From a virus (Duplodnaviria; Caudoviricetes), in the IMG/VR virus record IMGVR_UViG_3300028797_000100, positions 1-64,000 of that record: DNA of 64,000 nt. One strand, 5' to 3'. Each line of letters opens with the position of its first letter. The first letter of the stretch is position 1. The translations under genes were made by a program, and so were the position numbers. The notes beneath the pieces are model-generated. The model was not told the origin of the DNA, made no database searches, and saw only the letters and a program-made list of their open reading frames with translations. This document shows positions 1 to 10,056 of this stretch, piece by piece.

Positions 1-218
1 GGTATTATTATTGGCTCCGGAGGAATGATTGGATGTGCCTCAACTGTATCTGTTTCAATGACACACAGTAAGTCGCGGAGGTAATCTGCATCCTCCTTGA
101 ATTCCGGGTCAAGATTTCCGAGCAGTATCATTGCTTCAGCGGTAGCGTCAGCTTCCTTAAGAGTTTTCACGAATGCCTTGAGAGATTCTGAAACAATATT
201 AATCTTCTGAATTTTCAT
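1..218 (-). CDS. Hypothetical protein, partial (runs off window start); MKIQKINIVSESLKAFVKTL...
   Basis: ATG at 218 preceded by AAGGAG RBS and an ATATATTATT motif (305-314, minus); frame open to window edge; not in the ORF track. Confidence 0.7.
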   Translation of the reverse strand, partial: MKIQKINIVSESLKAFVKTLKEADATAEAMILLGNLDPEFKEDADYLRDLLCVIETDTVEAHPIIPPEPIII

Positions 219-727
219 TCTTTTACTCCTTATTCTTCTATGGATACGCCATAGATCGTTCCATATAAAATGGATGTCAAAAAGGTTTGTTTTTTATTCA
301 TAATAATAATATATATATGAAATTTCAGAATAATCCCCGGTAGCATAGATAAAAAGAATGGTTTTCTAAAGAAAAATATTTTTTAAAGGAATAAATATAT
401 TCAAAGAACCCTTCCGGGTCCTTTTCATAAATTTATATATAATTAATAAAATTACCGCGTAGTTAACCCAAATCATATTTTTATATCAAAATCTAAAATG
501 AAAAATAAAAAGATGTTATTATTTTTATAGAATAATTAAATGAGGAAGAACCACCTGACTGGTTCTTCCTCAAACTCCATCTCCCAATTCGGATAAAGAA
601 ATCAACGTCTCACTTCGTTCAACATGATTTCTAATCCTCTTTTTTATTTCTTAAAGAAACATATTATTCAATTGAACTGGGGATACACTTATCTTGTAAA
701 ACAGAAAAATTTCAAAGGAGGAAGAAA

Positions 728-2536
728 ATGAATCAACCTGAACTAAAGAATTATCCAGAAGGATCTATCTTGTTTGATGTAAGATATTCAAGAAGTCCTG
801 AAAGTTTTGAAGTAGTTTATTGGTCTCCTATAACAAAACAATTGGAGGTTCAATACGAACCTCCAATTGTTGATATATGGTTTCTAAAAGAGGAGTATCG
901 AACGAATCAGTATCAAATATCGCAAGCGGAAAGCGATAAATGTTATCCTGTCTACTGCAAAGTCTCCGAGATACCGAAAGCAATAGCAATCAACATCGGA
1001 GGCGAATACAAAGAATTCTTTGACAAGAACTCTGCCAGTATGAGACATAATGATCTGGCAAAGCATATGTGTGAATGTCCATGGGTATTTAAAGCAGACT
1101 TCTCACCCGATGTCTATTTTAGATTACGATGGTTACAAAAGTATGGTGACCAAATCGATGTATCTAAAGTAACATACTCATTCCTTGATATAGAGTGTGA
1201 TGTCATTGATAAGACAGTTGATCCAAAAGATGTCAAGGATGTAACACAACCTGTGAATGCTGTTACTTTGATATTGCCTGAACAGAAAATATGTGCTGTC
1301 ATGGTATTAGGTCCACGTCCAAAGAATAAACTGCATCCAAAGTTCCATAATCTCTTAATGAAACAAGAGGTTGAATTCAATTGGTTGGTTAACAATCAAG
1401 AAGAATTCAAGAAGATGGTTAAAGAGGAAGATGAAGACAATAAGAAATTTCTTAAGGATTATGAAATCAGATTACACATATTCGACTTTCATGATGAGAT
1501 TAAATTAATCAAAACTATCTTTGATTATATTAATAAATACAGACCTATGTTCTGTTTATCATGGAATGGAAAGTTTGATCAAAACTATCTACTTCATAGA
1601 ATTGAATATCTTGGATATGATCCCAAAGACTTCTTCATTCCAGAAGCATTCAAGACATCACAACTGTATTATCATGAAGACAACTCTGGTAACTTCTCAT
1701 TCAAGAACTCTTCTGACTGGTTCTATACTTCAACTTATACAGTCTACATTTGTCAATTGAGATTGTTTGCAATGATTCGTAAATCTCAAGCAGAACGTAG
1801 AAGTTATTCACTATCGTCTGTTGGTAAGGATGTTGCAAAGATTGATAAGTTGACACAAACCAAGTCGGGTGCATTCCGTCAGTTCGCTTACACGGACTTC
1901 CTCAAGTTCATTCTATATAATGTCCGTGACGTTGTTGTACAGCTTGCGATTGAATTAAAGTCTAACGATTGTCAATCTCTTGTAGGTCGTTCTTATATGT
2001 TTGCAACTCAGTATGCAAAATGTTTTAAGGAGACTCACATAGTTAGAAACATTCGTGAATATATCTTTGAAGAGGAAGGATTTGTTCAAGCCAATACTCT
2101 TCTTATAGACCCGACAATGGACACTGCATTCAAGGGAGCATTCGTTGCACCTCCAGAACATAATAAACCTACGGGCTTAATATTGAATGGAAAGCGATTG
2201 AACTTAATAATGTACGGTGTCCTGGATGCTGATGCAGCATCATATTATCCATCAACTAAGATGGGTATGAATATGGATCCGATGTCATTGTTATATAAAT
2301 GCATTGTAAACAATGATGTGTTCCAGAATGGAATGTGTAACAACAATTCATTCAATCAGGTATATACTTGGCATGATTCTAAGAATAGACCTCATGCTGA
2401 AGATATGACAGGACCAATAATGAATACTTATAAGAATAAGAATGAGTGTTCATTGTTGTCTAACTGGTTTGATGAACCAACCATATCAGAGGTATTTGAA
2501 TATCTTGATATGCAATTCGGAGTCGTAAATAATTAA
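728..2536 (+). CDS. Family B DNA polymerase, N-terminal subunit (3'-5' exonuclease + motif A) of a split polymerase
   Basis: ExoI FLDIECD, ExoII SWNGKFDQNYL, ExoIII YNVRDV, FKGAFV and motif A DADAASYYPS; motifs B (KxxxNSxYG) and C (YGDTDS) absent. Confidence 0.85.
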   Translation: MNQPELKNYPEGSILFDVRYSRSPESFEVVYWSPITKQLEVQYEPPIVDIWFLKEEYRTNQYQISQAESDKCYPVYCKVSEIPKAIAINIGGEYKEFFDKNSASMRHNDLAKHMCECPWVFKADFSPDVYFRLRWLQKYGDQIDVSKVTYSFLDIECDVIDKTVDPKDVKDVTQPVNAVTLILPEQKICAVMVLGPRPKNKLHPKFHNLLMKQEVEFNWLVNNQEEFKKMVKEEDEDNKKFLKDYEIRLHIFDFHDEIKLIKTIFDYINKYRPMFCLSWNGKFDQNYLLHRIEYLGYDPKDFFIPEAFKTSQLYYHEDNSGNFSFKNSSDWFYTSTYTVYICQLRLFAMIRKSQAERRSYSLSSVGKDVAKIDKLTQTKSGAFRQFAYTDFLKFILYNVRDVVVQLAIELKSNDCQSLVGRSYMFATQYAKCFKETHIVRNIREYIFEEEGFVQANTLLIDPTMDTAFKGAFVAPPEHNKPTGLILNGKRLNLIMYGVLDADAASYYPSTKMGMNMDPMSLLYKCIVNNDVFQNGMCNNNSFNQVYTWHDSKNRPHAEDMTGPIMNTYKNKNECSLLSNWFDEPTISEVFEYLDMQFGVVNN

Positions 2537-2551
2537 CGGAGGTAAAATAAA

Positions 2552-4837
2552 ATGCAGAAACTTTACGGAGATAAGAACATTCCTGATATCGACATAGGAC
2601 CTCTTGCGAAACAGTACATGTGTTTGTATGGAGTCAATGTCAATCTGCAGAGAGCAATCCCTCAGATCCAGGATGGTTTGAAACCGGTACAGCGTAGAAT
2701 GTTGTACCAGCTTTATACCATCTATGGTAAGAAGCATGTTCGTATATCAGTACTCATGGGTGATTTACTTAAACTCCACCCGCACGGCGACCAAGGTCTG
2801 GGTGATACTATTGCTCGTTTATGTCAAACATTCTCGAACAACATTCCACTCATAGAGACTGAGGGTAATGCAGGTACTCTCGCTGGTGGTGATGATGCTG
2901 CAGCCGCTCGTTATCTTGATATAACATTATCAGACTTTGCTGCAAAAGCATTGTTTGATGAGTTTGATGGAAAGGTATCAATGAAACCATCATATGATGA
3001 TTCCGCAGTTGAACCTATATGTCTTCCTGCCAGATTCCCAATCATTCTGTTGAATGGTACTGCAGGTATAGGATATACTTTGTCATCAGATATCCCACCA
3101 TATAACATCAATGAAGTAGCGGATGCAACTATCAAGTTACTTAAGAATCCAGAAGCTAAAGTTAAGCTCGTACCAGACTTACCGACTGGATGTGATATAA
3201 TTATCGAAGATGAGAATGCTTTCACAATGCAATCTTCATTTGAGATAGATATGGTAAACTATGTCATCACAATTACCAATACTCCATACATGTGGTTTAT
3301 TGAAAAGCTTGATGATCAACTTCGTATCCTTCAGGATAATCCTGCAACAAAGATAAATGAGATTATATCATTCGATCAGGAGCAAGAAAGACTTGAAGAT
3401 GGTTTGAGATATGTCATCAGATGCAAACAGTGTAATCTGTATAAGGTACTGGAGACATTGTTCAAACGTATCAAGGGTTTCAGAGTTAGATTCACTACAA
3501 CAAACATGGTTGTCGTTGATAATGATTTCCGTACTAAGGAATTTACACCACGCCAGATATTAAGATCTTGGATTAACTTCAGATTGGCATATAAGCGTGG
3601 TTGGTTCTTGAGAGAACTTGTTGAGAAGTCTGCTAGATATGATATGTTATCTGGTAAACTCTTCATGTTATCTCCAGAGAATCTTGATAAGACTATCGGA
3701 ATATTCAAGTCATCCAACAACAAAGACGAAATCATTCAGAATCTCGTAAAGGGATATAATGGAAAGGTAACATCATCTCAAGCAAACTTTGTCAAGGACT
3801 TACATCTGTATGAGTTAAACAAAGCAGAGTATGCAACTACCAAGAAGAAGATAGCTGCTCTTAAAGATGAGATTGATTACATCCATGAGAACGTTGCAGA
3901 TCCAGATAAGATCCGTGATGTTGTAATTGAGGAAGTAAGAGAACTCAAAGAGAAGTATGGTTTCCCAAGACGTAGTAAGATACTTAACTCTCAGACTCAG
4001 GATGGTTCCAACATTAGTATCGTTCAGATCTTAACTGATGGAGCTATCATGTTCTCAGAAACAGAGAATCCTGAACATATGTCTTCTGATATTGTTCCGA
4101 TATCTGGAGAAGAAGTATGTCTCATAGATGATAAGGGTAATTTCATCAAAGCTAATCTTGATAAGGTTCCTCATGGTAAACCTCTTACACTTACATCAAT
4201 CGGTAAGACAGTAATGGGTAACTGTGTTGCTGCTGTATCTAACAAGATAAACAACATAGTTATTCTGACAAACAAGGGTCGTATTAAGTATATGCCAATT
4301 GATAAGATTCCGTCAAATGCAACAAGGAAACCATTGATACCCATATCTGGTGATGAAAAGATTGTATCAATACTTGAAGTACCAGATACATCATCTGCAG
4401 ATATACTCATCTATACTTCCGATGGTATGGGTAAGCGTATCTCAACAGCAGATCTGAATAAGGTTAACTCTGTTGATGCTGCTGGACAATTCATAATCAA
4501 GACGGATTGTGAAGTGAGTGGTATGTTCTGCATCAATTCGAATAAACCATATCTTGTATATGTAACTCGTCTTGGTCGTATAAGACTTAACCATTCAAAG
4601 TATCTGTCAACTGTTAAGAAGTTTGCTGATCCTAAACCAATCATCAAACTCTCACAACAGGATGACCTCATAGCAGTATTCTGTGTAGATAATGAACAGT
4701 CAATCGTTATGCATCATGCGGATACACGTATATCGACAGTCCATATCAATACATTACAACCAACAACAATGTCGGTTGAACCAGTTAGACCCAAGCATGT
4801 ACCAGGTGTACGTGTTATTAGAGCAACATTATCATGA
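2552..4837 (+). CDS. gyrA: Type IIA topoisomerase subunit A (GyrA/ParC family) with C-terminal beta-pinwheel-like repeats
   Basis: RAIPQIQDGLKPVQRR, HPHGD, AAARY catalytic Tyr, LPARFPIILLNG; C-terminal repeats such as ILTNKGRIK, IYTSDGMGKR, YVTRLGRIR. Confidence 0.9.
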   Translation: MQKLYGDKNIPDIDIGPLAKQYMCLYGVNVNLQRAIPQIQDGLKPVQRRMLYQLYTIYGKKHVRISVLMGDLLKLHPHGDQGLGDTIARLCQTFSNNIPLIETEGNAGTLAGGDDAAAARYLDITLSDFAAKALFDEFDGKVSMKPSYDDSAVEPICLPARFPIILLNGTAGIGYTLSSDIPPYNINEVADATIKLLKNPEAKVKLVPDLPTGCDIIIEDENAFTMQSSFEIDMVNYVITITNTPYMWFIEKLDDQLRILQDNPATKINEIISFDQEQERLEDGLRYVIRCKQCNLYKVLETLFKRIKGFRVRFTTTNMVVVDNDFRTKEFTPRQILRSWINFRLAYKRGWFLRELVEKSARYDMLSGKLFMLSPENLDKTIGIFKSSNNKDEIIQNLVKGYNGKVTSSQANFVKDLHLYELNKAEYATTKKKIAALKDEIDYIHENVADPDKIRDVVIEEVRELKEKYGFPRRSKILNSQTQDGSNISIVQILTDGAIMFSETENPEHMSSDIVPISGEEVCLIDDKGNFIKANLDKVPHGKPLTLTSIGKTVMGNCVAAVSNKINNIVILTNKGRIKYMPIDKIPSNATRKPLIPISGDEKIVSILEVPDTSSADILIYTSDGMGKRISTADLNKVNSVDAAGQFIIKTDCEVSGMFCINSNKPYLVYVTRLGRIRLNHSKYLSTVKKFADPKPIIKLSQQDDLIAVFCVDNEQSIVMHHADTRISTVHINTLQPTTMSVEPVRPKHVPGVRVIRATLS

Positions 4838-4843
4838 TTATAT

Positions 4844-4868
4844 CCGGGGTGGGATATTCCCACCCTGG
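4844..4868 (+). terminator. GC-rich hairpin after gyrA
   Basis: CCGGGGTGGGA-TAT-TCCCACCCTGG; weak U tract. Confidence 0.55.
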
Positions 4869-4892
4869 TAAATTTATTTAATTCAAAGGAGA

Positions 4893-5714
4893 ATGTTAAT
4901 TATGTTTAACAAGAAAGTCAGCATTAAGTTTGAAGACTTCAGAACAGTGGTAAATTCGTGTGCAAAGTATCTTTCAGATGAGATAAACAGAACTTTGGAT
5001 TCTCGTCCTGATATATTTACAGCGAAGCATCGCAAGATATTTCATTCAGCAGTACTTCCATCAGCATTACTTTTCGCAGAAGATGAACTCTTGTTTGTCG
5101 CCAGAAAGAATAAGGATGGTGAAAAAGTAAAGTGGGATGAACCAACTTATTCAAAGAAGGAAATTGCTCATATATATAACCAAGGCAGAGTTGAAAGACA
5201 GCGTACTCCTGCTAAGGCGAACATGGCATACAAATTCGTAGATGGAAAGCTTCAGATCACTGATTTGTCTATCAGTGTCAACTATGATATTCTTAAGACA
5301 GATATACTCCTCAATCTTTATCGTATAAATGATTTCGTGGAGTATACTCTTAAGACATGGGCAAGACACGAAGCAGGACACATTCTTGACTATATCATTT
5401 CATATGATGGTAAACCCAAGTCTGTTCTTGATAAATCAGTACGTGAAGAGAACAAAGCCCAAAAGGAATACAAAGCATGGATTAAATCCGTTATGCCAAA
5501 GGGTGAACTCCTGTTACCTCCTGAGCTTGAAAGACAGCGTGTTGACATGTATTTCAACATGCCACAAGAAGCACGTGCTGATATACTTGGTGGAGTTGAC
5601 CGTAGAAAGGCTAATGACTTCATGTTCAATCAGGACGGATATCGTATCGTCGCAACTATTAAAAGTAAACCAGTAAAGATAAAACCTGTGAAGGAAGAAA
5701 CCAAAACTGAATAA
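4893..5714 (+). CDS. Putative zinc metallopeptidase-like protein (HExxH)
   Basis: ARHEAGHILD followed downstream by PQEARAD (candidate third ligand Glu). Confidence 0.55.
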   Translation: MLIMFNKKVSIKFEDFRTVVNSCAKYLSDEINRTLDSRPDIFTAKHRKIFHSAVLPSALLFAEDELLFVARKNKDGEKVKWDEPTYSKKEIAHIYNQGRVERQRTPAKANMAYKFVDGKLQITDLSISVNYDILKTDILLNLYRINDFVEYTLKTWARHEAGHILDYIISYDGKPKSVLDKSVREENKAQKEYKAWIKSVMPKGELLLPPELERQRVDMYFNMPQEARADILGGVDRRKANDFMFNQDGYRIVATIKSKPVKIKPVKEETKTE

Positions 5715-5739
5715 GCTTTACTGAAATAAAACTGAGGGG

Positions 5740-5970
5740 ATGTTAATAGTGAACGAGATAACTGATAAAACACCAAACATAGAAATGGCGGTTTCTAAAC
5801 AAGAACCTGTCGCTTTATACAAAATCTATTCTAACATTAGTAGGGCTGTATTAGGGGAAATCTACTTAACGAAAGAACAACGTGATATACTTACCAAAGC
5901 TTTTCAACATAGAGGGAAGTACCATCAGGACTTAGCGTTGTTAATCGACGTAGAAGAAAATCATAAGTAA
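5740..5970 (+). CDS. Hypothetical protein
   Basis: Fills the gap between co-oriented genes; GAGGGG RBS. Confidence 0.6.
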   Translation: MLIVNEITDKTPNIEMAVSKQEPVALYKIYSNISRAVLGEIYLTKEQRDILTKAFQHRGKYHQDLALLIDVEENHK

Positions 5971-5986
5971 AGGAGATGATGCTCTA

Positions 5987-7519
5987 ATGGCGTCCACATG
6001 TTTTGTAGTTACCGTTAGGGCTACATCTATAACTGTATCAAATGGAGAAGAAGCGATATATTCGTTATCAACACTCATTGACATGTTAACATATGAAGAT
6101 GAGTTTGCTGAAGATACTAAAACATTGGGGTTCATGTATGATAAAGAAACGGATACGTTGTTTCTTCATAAAGGCGTTGACATAGAATATCTTCAGAGAT
6201 GTCTTGGTAATGTGAGGGTGGTATATGATTTATATCACCCTTTCAAACCAATGAGATTTGAATATGAAGAAATCATAGCACCTCGTAATGAAGAACAAGT
6301 TGACGTTATCGACTTTATTACAGGACAAGGATATCATGATAATGGTAATGATTCACAAATCTTTTTAGTTAAAGATCCTGGTTTTGGCAAGACCTTCTGT
6401 TCAGGTGTTGGACTGTGTAAACTTAAGATGAAGACTCTCATCATTATGCATAGAGATGCATTAAGACGACAGTGGTTGGATTCATTGTTCAACATGAATG
6501 GTTTATCAACCAACGAAGTCCATGAAATAGATTCATCTGAAGAACTTGAAGCTATTGCAAAGGGTAAGCTTCATCCTGATTATGATGTCTATCTAATGAC
6601 ACATGCCACATTCCGTGCTGGTCTCAACAGAATACAAAAGATGCGATATGTAATGAACATCACCAAGAATCTTGGTATTGGTTTAAAGATTATTGATGAA
6701 GCACATCTTGAATTCAGAGATACATTGATAATGGATTTTTGTTTCAATGTTAAAAGGAATCTGTATTTGACTGCAACAGCAGGTAGATCTGGTAAGGATG
6801 AGAATAGTATCTTCAGACACGTATTCTCTGATGCTACATTCTACAAACCATCGGTGTTGTTGACATCTAATGCACCGAAGAAATGGGTAAACTATACAAC
6901 CGTAGAAGTCAATACTCATTGTAAACCCAACATATATAAATTCAGAGTTGCTGGTGGTAAAGGAATGAACCCTGCTTCATATGGTAAGTGGGTTATTCAA
7001 TATGATAAAAAACATACACACTTCAAATGTCTTGAAGATCTTATAAAGATTTCATATGAGAAAGATCCATATGCAAAGATACTTGTGTTCTTACCACTGA
7101 TTGATTTATGTGAAGAATGTGTATACTTCTTAAAGACACATCTTGATCGAGACAGAGACTTTGATTATGATTTGGATATAAGAACGATATGTTCAAAGAA
7201 TTCCAAAAAGGATAATGAGTACGCCAAGAAAAGTGATATCATTGTAACCACGATCCAATCTTGTGGAACTGGTACTGATATCAAAGGTATCACAACAATA
7301 ATCTCATGTTCACCATATGTATCTAAGATCACAGCACAACAGGTGTTTGGTCGTATAAGATATATTGGTAAGATTGGTGATTATTATGATATATACGATT
7401 CATCAATTCCTATGGATAGATTCTGGCTTAAGAGTCGATATAAGACATTCAAGCATCTTGCCTTGAATGTAAAACATATCTCTTGGAGTGATGATGAAGA
7501 AAATAATGACGCCCGCTAA
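5987..7519 (+). CDS. Superfamily 2 (DEAH) helicase, UvsW/XPB-like
   Basis: Walker A PGFGKT, IIDEAH, LTAT, GTGTDI, QQVFGRIR. Confidence 0.9.
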   Translation: MASTCFVVTVRATSITVSNGEEAIYSLSTLIDMLTYEDEFAEDTKTLGFMYDKETDTLFLHKGVDIEYLQRCLGNVRVVYDLYHPFKPMRFEYEEIIAPRNEEQVDVIDFITGQGYHDNGNDSQIFLVKDPGFGKTFCSGVGLCKLKMKTLIIMHRDALRRQWLDSLFNMNGLSTNEVHEIDSSEELEAIAKGKLHPDYDVYLMTHATFRAGLNRIQKMRYVMNITKNLGIGLKIIDEAHLEFRDTLIMDFCFNVKRNLYLTATAGRSGKDENSIFRHVFSDATFYKPSVLLTSNAPKKWVNYTTVEVNTHCKPNIYKFRVAGGKGMNPASYGKWVIQYDKKHTHFKCLEDLIKISYEKDPYAKILVFLPLIDLCEECVYFLKTHLDRDRDFDYDLDIRTICSKNSKKDNEYAKKSDIIVTTIQSCGTGTDIKGITTIISCSPYVSKITAQQVFGRIRYIGKIGDYYDIYDSSIPMDRFWLKSRYKTFKHLALNVKHISWSDDEENNDAR

Positions 7520-7535
7520 TGCGGGCTTCTTTTTT
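7511..7535 (+). terminator. Rho-independent terminator
   Basis: GCCCGC-TAAT-GCGGGC followed by T tract. Confidence 0.8.
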
Positions 7536-7549
7536 CTTCATTTTCATAG

Positions 7550-7559
7550 ATATATTATT
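7550..7559 (+). promoter_or_regulatory. Putative phage early promoter ATATATTATT
   Basis: Exact 10-mer also at 15046, 18642, 43237, 59255 and 305 (minus), always upstream of a gene start. Confidence 0.65.
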
Positions 7560-7610
7560 ATAGTGCACGATAGGACATTATCATGCAATAAGAAAGAAAG
7601 GATTATTTAA

Positions 7611-7853
7611 ATGAAATTCAAAACATTGAGACGGTTGTTAACATTCTTAACGATCGTGACCGCATTGAATGCGATAATTGCCACGATGATTGTAATGTAT
7701 GCATATGGAGCACTAGTGGATTTCGTGGAGTCTCCATTTGCAATTATCTTTTCGGGCGTTCTCGCCGTATTAGTAACGACGGGAATATCTACAATTATTG
7801 GCAATACATTTATCAAAGCTTATAAAGATTTCTTAAGAAACAAAAGAAGATGA
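7611..7853 (+). CDS. Small membrane protein (2 TM)
   Basis: Two hydrophobic segments, basic C-terminus, RBS. Confidence 0.7.
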   Translation: MKFKTLRRLLTFLTIVTALNAIIATMIVMYAYGALVDFVESPFAIIFSGVLAVLVTTGISTIIGNTFIKAYKDFLRNKRR

Positions 7854-7859
7854 AGTTAA

Positions 7860-7877
7860 GGGCGGGATAACCCGCCC
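7860..7877. terminator. Hairpin between convergent genes
   Basis: GGGCGGG-ATAA-CCCGCCC. Confidence 0.6.
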
Positions 7878-7882
7878 AATAA

Positions 7883-8362
7883 TTATTCTTCTGCGATTGT
7901 CATATCCCCTGGAGCATAATCTTCAAATCCAGGAACAGGACGGCACTTAGGAAACTTTATATCGGGCTTCGACTTACGGAGCTCGCATTCTAGCCATGAA
8001 CGGTATGAGTTGTTATCAACTATGATCCAATTCATAAGTTGATTAACACGAGTACTCAAAGATGTTATTTGATCAGATAACTCTTTAATCTTCTTTTCAT
8101 TTTGAGTATTCATTTCATCAATTTTAGCACGATACTTTTCGGACTCAGCAGCATGACGTTCCGTAAGTTCTTTAAGTTGAGAAGTGATGTACTCATTTGC
8201 TTTACGCTCAGACTCTTTTTGAGCATCCAAAGCCTGTTGTTCAATTAACCTAGCTTCAGCCTTATACTTCCTAAAGCTGAGCATGGCTACGATAATTGTT
8301 GTTAAGCCACCGGTGCCGAACAAAGCACTGATGATCATAACAATGATTTCTGTCTTGCTCAT
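7883..8362 (-). CDS. N-terminal TM + coiled-coil protein (holin/lysis-accessory-like)
   Basis: Likely start MSKTEIIV at 8362 after GAAAGGAG; TM helix IIVMIISALFGTGGLTTIIVAML then coiled coil. Confidence 0.6.
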   Translation of the reverse strand: MSKTEIIVMIISALFGTGGLTTIIVAMLSFRKYKAEARLIEQQALDAQKESERKANEYITSQLKELTERHAAESEKYRAKIDEMNTQNEKKIKELSDQITSLSTRVNQLMNWIIVDNNSYRSWLECELRKSKPDIKFPKCRPVPGFEDYAPGDMTIAEE

Positions 8363-8416
8363 CCTTTTGGCTCCTTTCATTGTAATATATTCCGTGTTCT
8401 CGGATCCACGCAATAT

Positions 8417-8430
8417 TTACATTCGAGTTT
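8417..8430 (-). promoter_or_regulatory. Putative late promoter AAAC-N7-TAA
   Basis: AAACTCGAATGTAA; same pattern upstream of 37339, 43167 and 55620. Confidence 0.5.
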
Positions 8431-8658
8431 AGGAAAAATAAAAATACTCAGTAATGAACAATAAGGTATGGTGGAAAATGGCGTAAGCCATAATATAGTA
8501 CACCAATTAATCCTCCAAAGTGTGTATGTAAATTTACGAATGTAAAACGTATAACAGACAAGAAAGGTCCAATGGTCCAAGTATGGAGTAAATTTTAATT
8601 ATATTTACAATGCTCCGTATGTAAACAGCAAACCCGCTATTGAAAGGAATGTTTTAAA

Positions 8659-9714
8659 ATGAGTAAATTAAACATCAACAAGGATAGGATTATCAACAAG
8701 CTTAGAGAATATAAGCGTCACGTTGGTATCGCCGCAGGAGTACTTCTGGCAGTAGGTATATCTACAACTGCAGTTTCACATTTTTCAATGAATGAAGACA
8801 TTGCAGTGTCAGAGGATAATATCATAGAAGGTGTGACCGAGATAACAACTACTACTGATATCCCTATGGCAACAGTCGTTACATCAACAGCAAAGTCCAT
8901 GAAATACAGTGTAACAACTGCCTTGTTGACAACACTTAACACCACAGCTGGTACGGTAATTGAAACACCGACAATTACAACCGTAACTACTATAGCTTCA
9001 ACTGAAAGCATCAAGCCTTTACCGGCACCGCCTAAGATGGAGCAGGCTGAGGAACCAACGACAGCAGAGAACACCACTGTTGTAGAGTCTACCACAACTG
9101 AGACAACAACCGAGTCTACAGAAGCAACTACAACAACAGTTGCTACTACAGTTGAAGAGACTACCACTACTACTTCAGAACCAGAGGTAGGAAACAGGGA
9201 ATTCACTGTGTATAAACCTAGTACACACTACGTACATAGGAATACATGTCATTGGTATACCGATGAGTGTTATGAAATCACATCAACAGAAGGTTTAGAG
9301 TGTAGATATTGCACTGAATGCAATCCCGACATAGAGATTGTAACAGCATATCAAGTACCTACTCCGACTTTGACTTCATTACAGTACGTAACCGAAGAAG
9401 AGCGTATCTATCTGTGCAATACAGTTGCATATGAGTACGGCTCTGATTGGGTGTCGCTCTACGACAAAGCATGTGTCGTAGCAACTGTAATGAATAGAGT
9501 TCGTGATGGTGGTTGGACTAATGGTCTGCCTAGTACAGTGTACAATGTACTGACAGCTCCATATCAGTACAATCCGGTTTACGCAACTCCTTACTACAGC
9601 TATAATGTAACACAGAGCTGTATTGATGCTGTCGAATACTATTTCGAGCATCAGAGCGACTTCCCTCACTATACATCATTCTGGGGTGACGGTCGTTACA
9701 ATTACTTTAGATAA
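8659..9714 (+). CDS. Membrane-anchored cell wall hydrolase (SleB/Hydrolase_2-like) with Thr-rich linker and small Cys/His metal-binding domain
   Basis: N-terminal TM, T/E-rich stalk, YVHRNTCHW..CRYCTECNP, then LCNTVAYEYG..VVATVMNRV..VLTAPYQY. Confidence 0.75.
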   Translation: MSKLNINKDRIINKLREYKRHVGIAAGVLLAVGISTTAVSHFSMNEDIAVSEDNIIEGVTEITTTTDIPMATVVTSTAKSMKYSVTTALLTTLNTTAGTVIETPTITTVTTIASTESIKPLPAPPKMEQAEEPTTAENTTVVESTTTETTTESTEATTTTVATTVEETTTTTSEPEVGNREFTVYKPSTHYVHRNTCHWYTDECYEITSTEGLECRYCTECNPDIEIVTAYQVPTPTLTSLQYVTEEERIYLCNTVAYEYGSDWVSLYDKACVVATVMNRVRDGGWTNGLPSTVYNVLTAPYQYNPVYATPYYSYNVTQSCIDAVEYYFEHQSDFPHYTSFWGDGRYNYFR

Positions 9715-9741
9715 ACCATAAGAAATAATATGGAGGATTAA

Positions 9742-9996
9742 ATGAAAAAGAAGATTAGAATAAAAGAAGTGATCATAACAGAAAAGGTCGTAAATGGTAT
9801 CTCGAACAAGATTGTTACCGCGACCGACGAAGATGGCAAAACTGTTAAGCTGTCACGCACCGAACGACAGTTATTAACAGGATATAAAAATCCAGAGTAT
9901 CTGGAATTAATCAAAAAGGGATTTGGTAATCCCGAAATAGTATCCCCGGACTTTAAAGTCTATAAGAACGGGGTGCTAAAATTTTACATACACTAA
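9742..9996 (+). CDS. Hypothetical protein
   Basis: GGAGG RBS, co-oriented, followed by hairpin 10018-10036. Confidence 0.7.
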   Translation: MKKKIRIKEVIITEKVVNGISNKIVTATDEDGKTVKLSRTERQLLTGYKNPEYLELIKKGFGNPEIVSPDFKVYKNGVLKFYIH

Positions 9997-10017
9997 CACA
10001 CAATTGAACAGAGATAA

Positions 10018-10036
10018 CCGGGGCGTAAAGCCCCGG
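10018..10036. terminator. Hairpin/terminator between convergent genes
   Basis: CCGGGGC-GTAAA-GCCCCGG, T tract nearby. Confidence 0.65.
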
Positions 10037-10056
10037 CATTGTCTCATTTATTTTTT

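Noticed and set aside
2272-2281. 10-nt match (ATGGATCCGA) between the decoded unit at 17550 and the polymerase gene
   Set aside because: Too short; plausible by chance given 22 units and 128 kb of searchable sequence
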